Origin: Patescibacteria group bacterium
Lineage (GTDB): Bacteria; Patescibacteriota; Patescibacteriia; Magasanikbacterales; UBA922
DNA length: 64,000 nt
Assembly (NCBI GenBank): GCA_018823045.1
Contig: JAHJIX010000016.1
Location: forward strand, 2,961 to 66,960
Reading direction: 5' to 3'
Shown: piece after piece, positions 36,291 to 46,478 of the stretch
How the letters are laid out: each line of letters opens with the position of its first letter
How positions within the stretch are numbered: position 1 is the first letter of the stretch
The notes under the pieces: generated by a model
What the model saw: only the letters and a program-made list of their open reading frames with translations
The model's database searches: none
Told to the model about the DNA's origin: nothing
Position numbers and translations under genes: made by a program

Positions 36291-39200
36291 TTATGGCCAG
36301 GGTGTATCATTGATTGTTGCAGAATAGGTTGTAAATCCACTATACGTTCCAGCAGCCGTTGGCATAGGTATTGATAATCCCCACCAAAGAGTTGATGTGT
36401 TGTTTTGTGTGGAAGTGTTTTTGGGAATATCAAGCTCAAGCATCACAGGAGAATTTGTTAGTATTGTACTTGATGCAAAAGGAATTGATGATGTTGCATA
36501 TACGCGAGAACCAACAGGGATGCTGTGATTATTAGAGTTCATCGCTGTTCCAAATAATAATAGGTCAAGAGAAATATTTCCTGTGGAAGTTATTGTGAGT
36601 GTTTTATCAATTGGGTCATTTTTTTCTCCGACTGCGAGTGCACCAAAATTTGTGCTATCTGACACTGTAATAGCAAGAAGAGAAGACATGTCTGTCGTAT
36701 CAACGGGGCTAAACCCGCTGTGTGTTTGGCTTAGTGAATCATAGGCTTGAATCCATACACGCCAATATTCATTTGTCCAGGGTGTTCCAGCATCAGTTGG
36801 TTCAGCAAAAAATTGAATGTCAGCTGAGCAAGTTGCGGTACATGAATTTCCAGAACAGTTACTGAGTGAACATGAAAAAATTTCATAGCAGTTATTTTCG
36901 TCTGATGCACAATATTCTGCTCCACCAACACCTGATCGATACATTTTTGCACTGACAAAACTAATATCACTATATCCATCTGGGTCAGTAATGGTGGCTG
37001 TAGCAGAAACAGTAGTCGTTGTATTTTCTGTGAGTAAGATATGTTCATCGCCATTGAGTGAAATATTGCTTACCGTCGGTGATTCATTTGCTGGTGTGTA
37101 GGTGACTGTTGCATAGGTTGAGTAGAGTTGTGATGATGTTACAGGGGTTGTGTTATTCGTATTGACAAATTTAACACGTAAACCATCGAGTTGACTTTGG
37201 GTGAGAGATAAGCTAGAGAAGGTTGCACTATCCCAAGTGTTTGATGTGCTTACTGCGAGTTGTTGGGTTATCCCGTATTGTGTTGTTTCTGTGCTATCCC
37301 ATAATTCAACATCCCATTGCATGTTTGCATTACCATTGTTGTGGTAGGCAAAGACTTGTATTTCTGTTGCAGTGCCGACATTGCTTAGTGTTGTCATTTG
37401 TAGCAGAGTACTTTCTGTATCGTTACAAGTAATATAATCAGAAGTATCTGGAGTTGTTGGGAGTCGTGTCGCATCGTCAACAGTTGTATAATCACTTCCT
37501 CCGGGTGTTGGTGTACAAGATGATGTGCCATCTCCATCTGGGTCAATGGTGCCAACTGCATCAGAGGCAATATGCCATTGTCCTGATTCTTCAAATGTGC
37601 CAATAAATCGAGGGGTGGTTGTTGATATATATACATCATTAGAAGTACTGTCTAATTGAAATGGTCCTAATAAAAATAAATATGGACTAATATTTGGTGC
37701 ATCAAACGTATACGAAAGAATATAGCTATCACCAGCATGCCATGAAACGTCTGCACGTATTTCTGTACTATGACTATTTTGAGAAATAGTCAGTGGGGTA
37801 GAGGAGGTTGGACCAATTTGTTGTGGAATGAGTTCCATGTGTTTCACTGTAAAGCTTTGTGGCATTGGTTCAATAAATGTCCCTTCAAAATCTTCATTAA
37901 CGGTAATCGTTACTTCCATTGGATAATCAGCTGGTGGATAAATACGTGTTGGCCCAACACGAGAAATATCAAATGGCGTATATGATTTTACATCAAAAAA
38001 ATCAGTGATCATGGCTGTTGTGTCGAGATTGGTTAAGCGAATGCCATAACGTCCTTCGCTTGTTGGTGTGTACGTAGTAAAATAATCAGGGACATCAATA
38101 ACATTGTCTGGTCCACAAAGACCACTTGTTTGAATATTTGGTGTGCTCACATTGCCATTTGGTGCTGTGATTTCGAGTAACAGTTGTGCATCACAGAGTG
38201 TATGGCCATCTGCATTAAGTGCTGCCATGTGAATGTGTGCGGTATCTTTTGTGATATAAATAGATTTGTCAGTATTGACTGCAAGTACGCCAAAGGTAAA
38301 GTCTTCTTGGTGAATAACAATATCTTCTGCTTCATAAATGAGTACTTCAAGAGTATATGTTCCAGATGGTATTTCTCTTTTTTGTTGTTGAGGAATAGAG
38401 ACAGTAAATGTATTATTTGGGTATGGCACAATTTGAGGAATAATGTTGGTCATTTCTTGTTGTTCACTATTATAAATATGTGCTTCAATTCGGACTTCAT
38501 CAAGAGAAATACTTTGGCTGGGTTGTTTTTTTGTTGCATCATAATTAAAAATAAAAAGAGCCTCATCTTCAAGAGAAAAATCTTTTTGTGTTGAAATAAA
38601 TGAAACCACATTTTTTGCAGGGTCGCTTGTTTCTGCTTCCAGTTCAATCCAAATTGCGTCTAAAAAGAGCATGTTTTCTGGGAGTATTCCTTCTGTTGAG
38701 ATAGTCACACGAATTTCCATTTGTTGTAATTCTTGGGGTGTGGAGACCTGTTTGAGTGGATAAGAAAAATAATCATTATTGCTTGCATTTGATCTTGCCT
38801 CTTCTAATGATAGGGTAACAAGTTTTTTCCATGTGTTCTTTTTTTTGTATTCAATAGTGATTGTGCCTTCTGAAATTGCTTGATGCGCTAAAGAAAGCAT
38901 GATATATGGATTTGAAAATTCATCATGAAGATACGTGCTTGCTTTTTCTTGTATGGTAAAGTGAGATAGTTCTAAGGAAAGTTCTTGTTTTGGTTGTTTT
39001 TTCTCTTTTTTCTCTTTTTTCTCTTTTTTATCAGATTGAATTGTTGCGGAAGGACTTGCTGTCGGTGTGCTGCTTACAAATTCAAATGATTCTGTAGAAG
39101 TTGCTTGTTGTGTTTCTGCGCTAGTTACTGTTGGAGTCTCAATTGATTCTATTGGAAGATCTACGAGAATCTCTTCTGTTGTTGTTTCAATTATTTCTTC

Positions 39201-40034
39201 AGTCGGAGGAGCTTCTTCAATAGGAGAAATTTCTGGGATTGTTTCTTCAATGATAACTTCAGGCATTGGTTCTGGTTCGGGTGCTGGAGTTTCAATAGTT
39301 TCTTCTACAGCAGAAGCTTCTGGTTCAGGGGTTGGTGTTTCTACAGAGAGCGCTTCTTCTGTTGATTGTGCCCAGGCTTCTGAAATAGAAAAAAGTGAAA
39401 GAAACCATTGTTTGGTATTAAAAAATGATAAATCTCCTGATTCGCTTGTTTCTTCATTTTTTTGATTCTTTTCCTCCTTTTTTTCTTTTGTATTATCTTC
39501 AGGTGTTTCAACTTCTTCAATAATAACTTCAGGCGCTGGTTCATGAGCAGGTATTTCAAGTATTTCTTCATCTTCTTCGATTATGTCGTCCTCCTGTTCA
39601 GTTTCTTCTTCAATAATAGCTTCAATTATTTCTGTAGAGGTTACAATTTCTTTTGTTGTTGAGGGTGTTATAATATCTCCAACAAGTGGCAAGGTGACTG
39701 TTTCTTGAGGAGAGGTAAATTGAGGTACTGTAGGTGTATCTGTTTGTATTTGTGGTGTATTGCCTTCATTATGTGCAATAAACAAAGAGATGTCTGCTGT
39801 ATTTGGAAGGTCTATTTGTTTGAGTTGATCAAGATTATTCCAATCACCAGAAATAATTTGAGGAATTGCGGTGAGGGTAATTTCATCATGAGAAAATGAT
39901 AAGGTTGGAATGGTATAGCCAACAACAAAAAGAATTGCAATAGATATTACAATAAAAGAAATAGATAGATGTGATACCTTTTTTATCCAATTCATGCAGG
40001 TATTATAGCATGTTTTTTTCTTAATTTCCAACAA
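36291..40034 (-). CDS. Giant (1247 aa) membrane-anchored surface protein with an acidic/Pro/Thr-rich low-complexity stalk and C-terminal beta-rich domains
   Basis: N-terminal TM ISFIVISIAILFVVGY; EEIIEE/PEPE/KEKKEKKEKK low-complexity tracts; long S/T-rich repeats. Confidence 0.5.
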   Translation of the reverse strand: MLEIKKKTCYNTCMNWIKKVSHLSISFIVISIAILFVVGYTIPTLSFSHDEITLTAIPQIISGDWNNLDQLKQIDLPNTADISLFIAHNEGNTPQIQTDTPTVPQFTSPQETVTLPLVGDIITPSTTKEIVTSTEIIEAIIEEETEQEDDIIEEDEEILEIPAHEPAPEVIIEEVETPEDNTKEKKEEKNQKNEETSESGDLSFFNTKQWFLSLFSISEAWAQSTEEALSVETPTPEPEASAVEETIETPAPEPEPMPEVIIEETIPEISPIEEAPPTEEIIETTTEEILVDLPIESIETPTVTSAETQQATSTESFEFVSSTPTASPSATIQSDKKEKKEKKEKKQPKQELSLELSHFTIQEKASTYLHDEFSNPYIMLSLAHQAISEGTITIEYKKKNTWKKLVTLSLEEARSNASNNDYFSYPLKQVSTPQELQQMEIRVTISTEGILPENMLFLDAIWIELEAETSDPAKNVVSFISTQKDFSLEDEALFIFNYDATKKQPSQSISLDEVRIEAHIYNSEQQEMTNIIPQIVPYPNNTFTVSIPQQQKREIPSGTYTLEVLIYEAEDIVIHQEDFTFGVLAVNTDKSIYITKDTAHIHMAALNADGHTLCDAQLLLEITAPNGNVSTPNIQTSGLCGPDNVIDVPDYFTTYTPTSEGRYGIRLTNLDTTAMITDFFDVKSYTPFDISRVGPTRIYPPADYPMEVTITVNEDFEGTFIEPMPQSFTVKHMELIPQQIGPTSSTPLTISQNSHSTEIRADVSWHAGDSYILSYTFDAPNISPYLFLLGPFQLDSTSNDVYISTTTPRFIGTFEESGQWHIASDAVGTIDPDGDGTSSCTPTPGGSDYTTVDDATRLPTTPDTSDYITCNDTESTLLQMTTLSNVGTATEIQVFAYHNNGNANMQWDVELWDSTETTQYGITQQLAVSTSNTWDSATFSSLSLTQSQLDGLRVKFVNTNNTTPVTSSQLYSTYATVTYTPANESPTVSNISLNGDEHILLTENTTTTVSATATITDPDGYSDISFVSAKMYRSGVGGAEYCASDENNCYEIFSCSLSNCSGNSCTATCSADIQFFAEPTDAGTPWTNEYWRVWIQAYDSLSQTHSGFSPVDTTDMSSLLAITVSDSTNFGALAVGEKNDPIDKTLTITSTGNISLDLLLFGTAMNSNNHSIPVGSRVYATSSIPFASSTILTNSPVMLELDIPKNTSTQNNTSTLWWGLSIPMPTAAGTYSGFTTYSATINDTPWP

Positions 40035-40244
40035 AAAAACAGAGACTATCTCCGTTTTTTGGTAGGGGTATTATCCCATGTATAATTTTAATGTATTTGT
40101 TGTGGGGTCATTTTGTCAATTGTTTATGTTATGACTGTATAGATTACATAATTTTTTTTGTCTATATTTGTATGTCTTTATTCAGATATGTGGCCAGAAT
40201 GAGTTCTCACTGCATAAATAAAAATAATACAGGATCAATTTAGA

Positions 40245-41618
40245 TTATTTCATTTGCTCAATAAGTTCTTCAATCATACCGCGGAAACTATGAGAACCAA
40301 GAAATGCTACGACATCTCCGTTGTTTGTGTTGTTTTTTATATGTTGGATAAGGTCATCATCTTTTGTAATATGAAGAACGTGTGGGTGGCTTTTTTTAAT
40401 AACATGAGCTAAATGTTCACCATCAAATGCTGTTGGTTTATTTGGATCCTGTTTGATCCGTGTTAAGCGTGGAATAATAACTTCGTCTGCATGTGCAAAA
40501 GCATCTGTGTAGAGTGGAGCAGATTCTGCTTGGCGATTGCCAGTATTTGGCTCAAAGATAGTAATAATTTTTCCATCATAGACTTTACGAATACTTTGAA
40601 GAATTGCCTCTGCTTTTGATGGAGAGTGTGCAATGTCATCAATAATCGTGATTGATCCTTCGTAGCGTTTTTCACTTCGGCGTTTCAGTCCTTTAAATTC
40701 TTTCATCGCAGCAATAATGATTTCAGGATCAATACCTAAACGGAGTGCCATTGCAAAACATCCTGTTGCGTTATCTGCCATATATTCACCAAGCATGGGA
40801 ATTTCAATATGATATTGTTCTTCTTTGTGTAAAATATCAAAAGAAACGACATCTTTTGTTTGTACGACATTAGTGTATTTAAAGTCATTTCCTTCTTTTT
40901 TTCCGTAGGTCCATGTCTCTGTATGCGCTACTGAAGAAACAGTTTCGCGTACTTTTTCTGATAACACTAAAAATCCAGATAGTGGTATGGAATCAAGTAA
41001 GTTTTTAAATGCTTGGACATATGTTGCTTCTGTTGGATAAATATCTGCATGATCCCAAACAACAGAGGTGAGCAGTAGATGAGTTGGGGAGTAGTGAGCA
41101 AATTTTGGACGTATGTCCCAGCGGGCAGTTTTGTATTCATCTCCCTCAAGAATGCTGACGGTACTATCACTCATGTGAGCTGCATCCATGGCGTTACCGG
41201 GTATACCGCCAAACATATAGCTAGGATCTTTTTTTGCGTAAAGCAAGATCCACGATAGTAGGGTAGTACTCGTGGTTTTCCCATAGGTGCCGGCACAAAC
41301 AACAGAAGTGTCTTTTATGAGGTATTCATGAATAAATTCAGGGTAAGAAAGGTAAGGAATATTTTTTTCTTGTAGAGTAAGCCATTCAGGATTTTTGGAT
41401 CCTGCAACATTACCAACAACAACAAGATCTGGAGTACCCATTTTTTTTGGATGCCATCCTGGATAGTAGGCAATGCCCGCTTGTTTGAGGTAAGTTGACA
41501 CAGGTGGATAAAATCCCTTGTCAGAACCAGTAACTGCCCATCCTTTTTTGTGACATGCAATAGCGAGAGCCGACATTGCAACGCCGCAAATTCCTATAAA
41601 GTGGATGTGTTTATTCAT
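40245..41618 (-). CDS. Mur ligase family enzyme, Mpl/MurC-like (UDP-N-acetylmuramate:peptide or L-Ala ligase)
   Basis: HIHFIGICGVAMSALA ... VTGSDKGFYPPVSTYLKQAGI (Mpl/MurC N-terminal pattern), GTYGKTTSTTL P-loop. Confidence 0.65.
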   Translation of the reverse strand: MNKHIHFIGICGVAMSALAIACHKKGWAVTGSDKGFYPPVSTYLKQAGIAYYPGWHPKKMGTPDLVVVGNVAGSKNPEWLTLQEKNIPYLSYPEFIHEYLIKDTSVVCAGTYGKTTSTTLLSWILLYAKKDPSYMFGGIPGNAMDAAHMSDSTVSILEGDEYKTARWDIRPKFAHYSPTHLLLTSVVWDHADIYPTEATYVQAFKNLLDSIPLSGFLVLSEKVRETVSSVAHTETWTYGKKEGNDFKYTNVVQTKDVVSFDILHKEEQYHIEIPMLGEYMADNATGCFAMALRLGIDPEIIIAAMKEFKGLKRRSEKRYEGSITIIDDIAHSPSKAEAILQSIRKVYDGKIITIFEPNTGNRQAESAPLYTDAFAHADEVIIPRLTRIKQDPNKPTAFDGEHLAHVIKKSHPHVLHITKDDDLIQHIKNNTNNGDVVAFLGSHSFRGMIEELIEQMK

Positions 41619-41763
41619 AATATAATATTATCTAGTCTATCTGCTTATAGATCTATGTTATTTTTCATATTCTCATGTAATTTGATTCATGTAGTTTTGG
41701 TGTGGCAACAGTTCAAAATAAAATAGATATATAAGCAAATTAATTATCTTGAGTATTCAAATA

Positions 41764-42492
41764 TCATACTGTAGATACTATTTCTTTGAGTACATCAAGA
41801 TTCGTTTGCCACTGTGCGCCATCAAACCATTCAAGTCCTGCAAATTGTAGTTTATAATGATCTGTTGGGCGTTGTACTGAACCAACATACATATAGTGTT
41901 TGCCTTGTTTTTTTGCATACTCAATAGCACGGATCATCATACCCATGCCAATATTTTTATTTGGGAATTCAAGGTTATAAAATGGATATGAGTAATGCAG
42001 TATATTTTCATTTTCATAGCAGATTGTATAACCAACTGGAAGACTTTTTGTTTCTTCAATCGCGTCTGGATCAGTATCGATATGGCAGTGGCAAAATTCT
42101 GCGGCAAGACCATCTTCTGTAATACGATATACAAATAAACGATTAAAGTTTGTTTTATTAGTATTGCTCAGTACTTCTTTCATTTTGTTTGCACTAAATG
42201 TACCTATGCCAAATTTTTTATCATAAAAATCTTTGCCCATTTTCCCAAGGCTCCAATGGTAGTCTGTATATGGAATGTCTTTTATTTTCATGACAATATC
42301 TTCTGTCTTACGTAATATACGTCTATTTTCACTTGAGAGTTCAAATTGTTCAAGATCAATACGAAGTAAGCGAGTTTGAGTCATGATTCCTTTTCCTATG
42401 CGACCAAAATAATAGCCTTCATTATATTTTTCTGTTATGTTTTTTGCAGAAAAATCGTTGAGTGTGATTTGTTTCCAGTTAAGATATGACAT
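41764..42492 (-). CDS. Arginyl/leucyl-tRNA--protein transferase family protein (ATE_C / Bpt-like GNAT fold)
   Basis: ILHYSYPFYNLEF ... GKHYMYVGSVQRPTDHYKLQFAGLEWFDGAQW matches the ATE C-terminal consensus (yYLGYwi..KM.YK..F.P.E.L...W); lacks the N-terminal Cys motif. Confidence 0.45.
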   Translation of the reverse strand: MSYLNWKQITLNDFSAKNITEKYNEGYYFGRIGKGIMTQTRLLRIDLEQFELSSENRRILRKTEDIVMKIKDIPYTDYHWSLGKMGKDFYDKKFGIGTFSANKMKEVLSNTNKTNFNRLFVYRITEDGLAAEFCHCHIDTDPDAIEETKSLPVGYTICYENENILHYSYPFYNLEFPNKNIGMGMMIRAIEYAKKQGKHYMYVGSVQRPTDHYKLQFAGLEWFDGAQWQTNLDVLKEIVSTV

Positions 42493-42495
42493 AGC

Positions 42496-43665
42496 TTAGT
42501 AGAGTGCGATCCAAAGACCAAGTAAAACAAAGCCTGCATGAATAATCCAAAAACGCATCACTGTTTTTTCTTCTGTCCATCCACGGAGTTCAAAATGATG
42601 GTGAATTGGGGCCATTTTAAAAATACGACGACCCAAAATATATCGGCCAGCAATTTGTATAATAACTGTGCTGATTTCTATATAAAAGAGAAAGCCAATC
42701 AGTGGCAGTACGAGCATCTGATTAATGACAATGGCATTTATGGCAAGCAGTGCTCCGAGCCCTAAGGAACCCACATCTCCCATCTGAAAGCGGGCCGGTT
42801 TAATATTAAAATAGGTATAGGTAATCAGTGCACCTGCGGTTGTTGCGTTTAAATAGGTCATTTCTTCATATCCACCGATCCACGAGAGAATCATCAGTGC
42901 TGCAAAGGTCACAATAAGAGATCCTCCGGCAAGACCATCCATACCATCAGCAATGTTGACTGCGTTTGCGGTAAACATGACACAGAGAATAATAATTGGA
43001 ATAATCCACCAACCAATGTTGATATAGCCATCAAATGGAATATGAATTTCACGCCAGCTCTCGCCAAGTTTATAGTAGACCCACCATGCGGTAATACCCC
43101 CAGCTAAAAATTGCATGAATAAGCGTTCATGCACATGAAGACCTTTTCCAGGGTGAGACCCAAGCCAGAGTGATGCACGTTTAACTATTGCCCAAGGAAG
43201 GGTGAGGGCAAGCCAAATACGTTGTTTTTTATCTTTGTGAACGCGAATAAGTTTGAGAACTTGCTTGATTTTTCTGACCCGGCGTTTTTTCCCGCGGACA
43301 TTATTCATAAAATCATCAACTCCACCAAGGAGGGCTGCAAGTAGCATGACCCCAATTGGGACCCAAGTAAAGCTGCGTTCCCAGTTAAATAAGTAGGTGA
43401 GAACGGCAACCGTGATAATTACAACCAGCCCTCCCATGATTGGAACGCCGTCTTTACTTTTTCTTGCGCCGAGCGCAAGGGTGGGGTCAAACTCGTTTTT
43501 TCGAGTAATATTGTATTTATAGAGAAATTTAATCAGTAGTGGTGCCCATAAAAAGGCAATTCCAGCTGAAATAATGGCAAATCCAATAGCATCTCGGAGT
43601 ATGTTTAATTGTTCAGGTATAATAAGCATATAGCATAGTATAGCATAAAAAGACCAGTAAATCAA
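42496..43665 (-). CDS. mraY: Phospho-N-acetylmuramoyl-pentapeptide transferase
   Basis: NAVNIADGMDGLAGG and PIHHHFELRGW hallmarks; 10 or more TM helices; an extra basic cytoplasmic loop (KKRRVRKIKQVLK). Confidence 0.8.
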   Translation of the reverse strand: MIYWSFYAILCYMLIIPEQLNILRDAIGFAIISAGIAFLWAPLLIKFLYKYNITRKNEFDPTLALGARKSKDGVPIMGGLVVIITVAVLTYLFNWERSFTWVPIGVMLLAALLGGVDDFMNNVRGKKRRVRKIKQVLKLIRVHKDKKQRIWLALTLPWAIVKRASLWLGSHPGKGLHVHERLFMQFLAGGITAWWVYYKLGESWREIHIPFDGYINIGWWIIPIIILCVMFTANAVNIADGMDGLAGGSLIVTFAALMILSWIGGYEEMTYLNATTAGALITYTYFNIKPARFQMGDVGSLGLGALLAINAIVINQMLVLPLIGFLFYIEISTVIIQIAGRYILGRRIFKMAPIHHHFELRGWTEEKTVMRFWIIHAGFVLLGLWIALY

Positions 43666-43756
43666 TGTTTTTTGCTCTTATTGAGTGTTTTAGGGTATAC
43701 TAGAGAAAATATACAATTATTTAATGTGATATTTTATTAAGAAATAACTTTTCTAT

Positions 43757-44152
43757 ATGAATGAACAAAGAAGTAAAAATAATAAACAATGGTTTGCAAA
43801 AAATGGGCGTTGGTTTATTCCTCTTATTATTATAGGACCAATGGTATTAATATCTTTGGTCATGAGTTTGATAAAATCATCTGGGGCATATGAAATTGCA
43901 ATGGAGGTGGTCCATGATTCTCCGATTATAGAAGGACTGCTTGGTGAATCAGTAAAAGATGGATTTTTTGTTTCTGGGAGTATTGAAGTGAATGGGAGTT
44001 CGGGCACTGCTGATTTAAGTGCTTCTTTGAAAGGACAAAAAGATAGCGCAAAGCTTTATATTCGTGCTGTAAAATCGGAGGATGAGTGGAATATTATTTC
44101 ATTAAAAATGAGACCAAAGTCTAGTGGAGAAATAGTTGTTTTGATAGAGTAA
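43757..44152 (+). CDS. Hypothetical single-TM membrane protein
   Basis: TM FIPLIIIGPMVLISLVMSLI, then a small soluble domain. Confidence 0.4.
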   Translation: MNEQRSKNNKQWFAKNGRWFIPLIIIGPMVLISLVMSLIKSSGAYEIAMEVVHDSPIIEGLLGESVKDGFFVSGSIEVNGSSGTADLSASLKGQKDSAKLYIRAVKSEDEWNIISLKMRPKSSGEIVVLIE

Positions 44153-44228
44153 TGTATTGAAACAAAGACATCGAATTAATAAAAAAAGTAAGGACATAAC
44201 TTACTTTTTTAATAGTTCTATTTATTAT

Positions 44229-45020
44229 TTATTTGTTCAACCTTCCAATCTTTACACTTTTCGCCGTCTCAACTCGCCATAATGTTTCATTGTCAGGGCT
44301 CGTTGTTTTTTCTCGTTCAGTCCAATCTTGTTTTTCTAAAGGATCCTTGATATTTTTTATATCGATTGTTCCACGACGCACGCCATGGTGTATTCCATCA
44401 GTGCTCCATTGGAGTGAATGTACATAATAAATTTTTTTTGGGATATTTTTATGGTATTCTACCGATTCAATAAGGAGTACATGATTGAGGTCATGATTTT
44501 TCCCAGTATGCATCAGGAGAATAAGATCACCGGCTTGTACATTTTTGAGTGCTATTTCTTTTGTATTTTTATCGTGGTTAAGTGTTGCCACATTTGTATT
44601 TTCGGCAGGACGAAATGATGCAATAAGTCGACGGATTGGATTTTTAATTGGGTAGTGCATTGTTTTTTTAAGCGGAGGGCGTTTATGCGCTTTCATTTCT
44701 TCATTCATCACATGATAAACAAAACCAGAACACTCAATACCAATATTTAAGTTCGTCACAAATGTGATTACTTCTTTTTTTGATAATAAAGATAAATCTG
44801 TTTTTTTTCTAAGGGCCATTAATATGATTTCATCTTCAATTTCTTGCGGGTCTCCTTTTCCTATATTTACTCGAAGTCCACCACGGACCTTCATTTTTTT
44901 ATTATTAAAGTAAGGGGTTGCAATTGTGTGTTGTCCTACAGAAATATTGAGGTATTTTGTAATAAGTTGTTGTGCCGGTAAAGATAATGTTGATTTTTTC
45001 ATAGAAGATTTATGCTCCAA
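44229..45020 (-). CDS. Hypothetical protein with an NlpC/P60-like Cys/His motif
   Basis: IECSGFVYHVM (compare the NlpC/P60 DCSGFV catalytic Cys) and a downstream NHVLLIESVEYH; weak. Confidence 0.3.
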   Translation of the reverse strand: MEHKSSMKKSTLSLPAQQLITKYLNISVGQHTIATPYFNNKKMKVRGGLRVNIGKGDPQEIEDEIILMALRKKTDLSLLSKKEVITFVTNLNIGIECSGFVYHVMNEEMKAHKRPPLKKTMHYPIKNPIRRLIASFRPAENTNVATLNHDKNTKEIALKNVQAGDLILLMHTGKNHDLNHVLLIESVEYHKNIPKKIYYVHSLQWSTDGIHHGVRRGTIDIKNIKDPLEKQDWTEREKTTSPDNETLWRVETAKSVKIGRLNK

Positions 45021-46230
45021 TTATGGTAGCAATACGTTTGCCATGGTCATTAAATATATTATGTTCTGTCATAATTTGCTCTGAAGATTGAATACGAAGT
45101 GCATCGCTGCCAGGTTTTGTGTTTTCATAAGGAAATACCGTCAGACCTTCGCTTTCAAGTTGTTGACTAAGTCGTTCAAGATGTCTCATTGGGCTATTTT
45201 GTTTATTTCTTAAAATGATTTGTGCTCCATTTTTAATAGGGATTAAATCTGTTTGTGTAACTGAAATTTCAAGAAGAGCAAGAAGATGGGCTTCTCCAAT
45301 AGTAACACCATCTTTGTGTTGTTTAGTTTGTAGATATGATTCAAATGTTGTTGATGCCGCTTGTCGTGCATTTATTTCAATAAGGAATAATTTGCCTGTG
45401 TTTTGTTCTATCATAACATCAATACCAAATAATCCACGCCAACCAGAGTTACGAAGTTGTCCACCAATTGCATGAACCATTGTTGAATATTCTTTGCGTT
45501 GCTGTTCATCAAGGAGTGTGTGTGCAACGCCCCAATCATTTCCAATCGTTGCGAATGCTTGATCAGTAAATGGGAAAAGACCTGTAATTTGATAATTAAT
45601 ATTACCAACAATAATGTCATCTTTTGATACAACATTATTGCTGGTAATCATTGCACCATCAATAACAGTACTAATGCGTACCGGCCGATGAGGAAATTTT
45701 TGTTGGAGTTCTTGTAAGGTTTCTTTGCTATGAATCAATAGTGTTCCGCTTCCTGTATGTGAGCGATTAAATTGTAAAATAAATGGTGTGTCTGCCCATA
45801 CAATATTTGAAAGCGTTTCAATGCGATGCGGAGGCAAATAACTTGCAAGATTATCTAACCATTCTACTTGTGTAATTTTTTCTTCAATACTATTGCTGAG
45901 TGTTGCCGTTGGGTTTAACAGAATCCACCCTTCTTTTGTACAAATAGATTCAATTTTTTTTGTATTTTTAAATACAAGAATATGTGGTAACGTTTGGGTG
46001 TTAATTTTTGTGATGACTTGTGGATGCTCCAGTAATTGCCACGTATCGAGTGCTGTTTCTGATTCAATTAAAATAATATTTGGGTATTTTTTTGCAAGTA
46101 TTTTGGCAAAAGGAGTATTATTTGTAATAATAGAAACAAAAGGCATTGCTTTTGCCCAGAGTGCTCGCTCAAGATCACGGCTTACATAGAATATGTGTTT
46201 GTCTGAAATATCTGTTAATTTTTTATTCAT
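45010..46230 (-). CDS. ATP-grasp ligase, D-Ala--D-Ala ligase-like C-terminal domain with a roughly 150-aa N-terminal extension
   Basis: GWRGLFGIDVMIEQNTGKLFLIEINARQAAST resembles the Ddl C-terminal G..G.IDVM....G..YLLE.NT.PG. Confidence 0.5.
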   Translation of the reverse strand: MNKKLTDISDKHIFYVSRDLERALWAKAMPFVSIITNNTPFAKILAKKYPNIILIESETALDTWQLLEHPQVITKINTQTLPHILVFKNTKKIESICTKEGWILLNPTATLSNSIEEKITQVEWLDNLASYLPPHRIETLSNIVWADTPFILQFNRSHTGSGTLLIHSKETLQELQQKFPHRPVRISTVIDGAMITSNNVVSKDDIIVGNINYQITGLFPFTDQAFATIGNDWGVAHTLLDEQQRKEYSTMVHAIGGQLRNSGWRGLFGIDVMIEQNTGKLFLIEINARQAASTTFESYLQTKQHKDGVTIGEAHLLALLEISVTQTDLIPIKNGAQIILRNKQNSPMRHLERLSQQLESEGLTVFPYENTKPGSDALRIQSSEQIMTEHNIFNDHGKRIATIIGA

Positions 46231-46478
46231 AGATATTTAAATTGTACTTAATATAGAGCAAAAAGTCCAGTCTATTATACTATGGATTAAGAACGAAAAC
46301 AATTTTTTGGACTGAAGTTGTCTTTATTTTTAGTGGAATATATGACTATATTGATTGATAATTTGCTTATATGTTTTGTTGTGGATAAGCAAATATACAT
46401 TAAGACAAAGGTGGATATTTGTGATATTTAATGGTATGATATAAATATACAATTTCTATTTTTTTATTACATAGATGT

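Noticed and set aside
39067-39465. Plus-strand ORF (132 aa, Ser/Gly/Val-rich) and other small ORFs inside 36291-40034
   Set aside because: They are antisense to the giant surface protein's low-complexity region, a compositional artefact.
40035-40244. Possible terminator/promoter hairpin (acagagactatctccg + T-run) upstream of the giant surface-protein gene
   Set aside because: The stem is poor (no convincing palindrome). It is more likely just an AT-rich promoter region.
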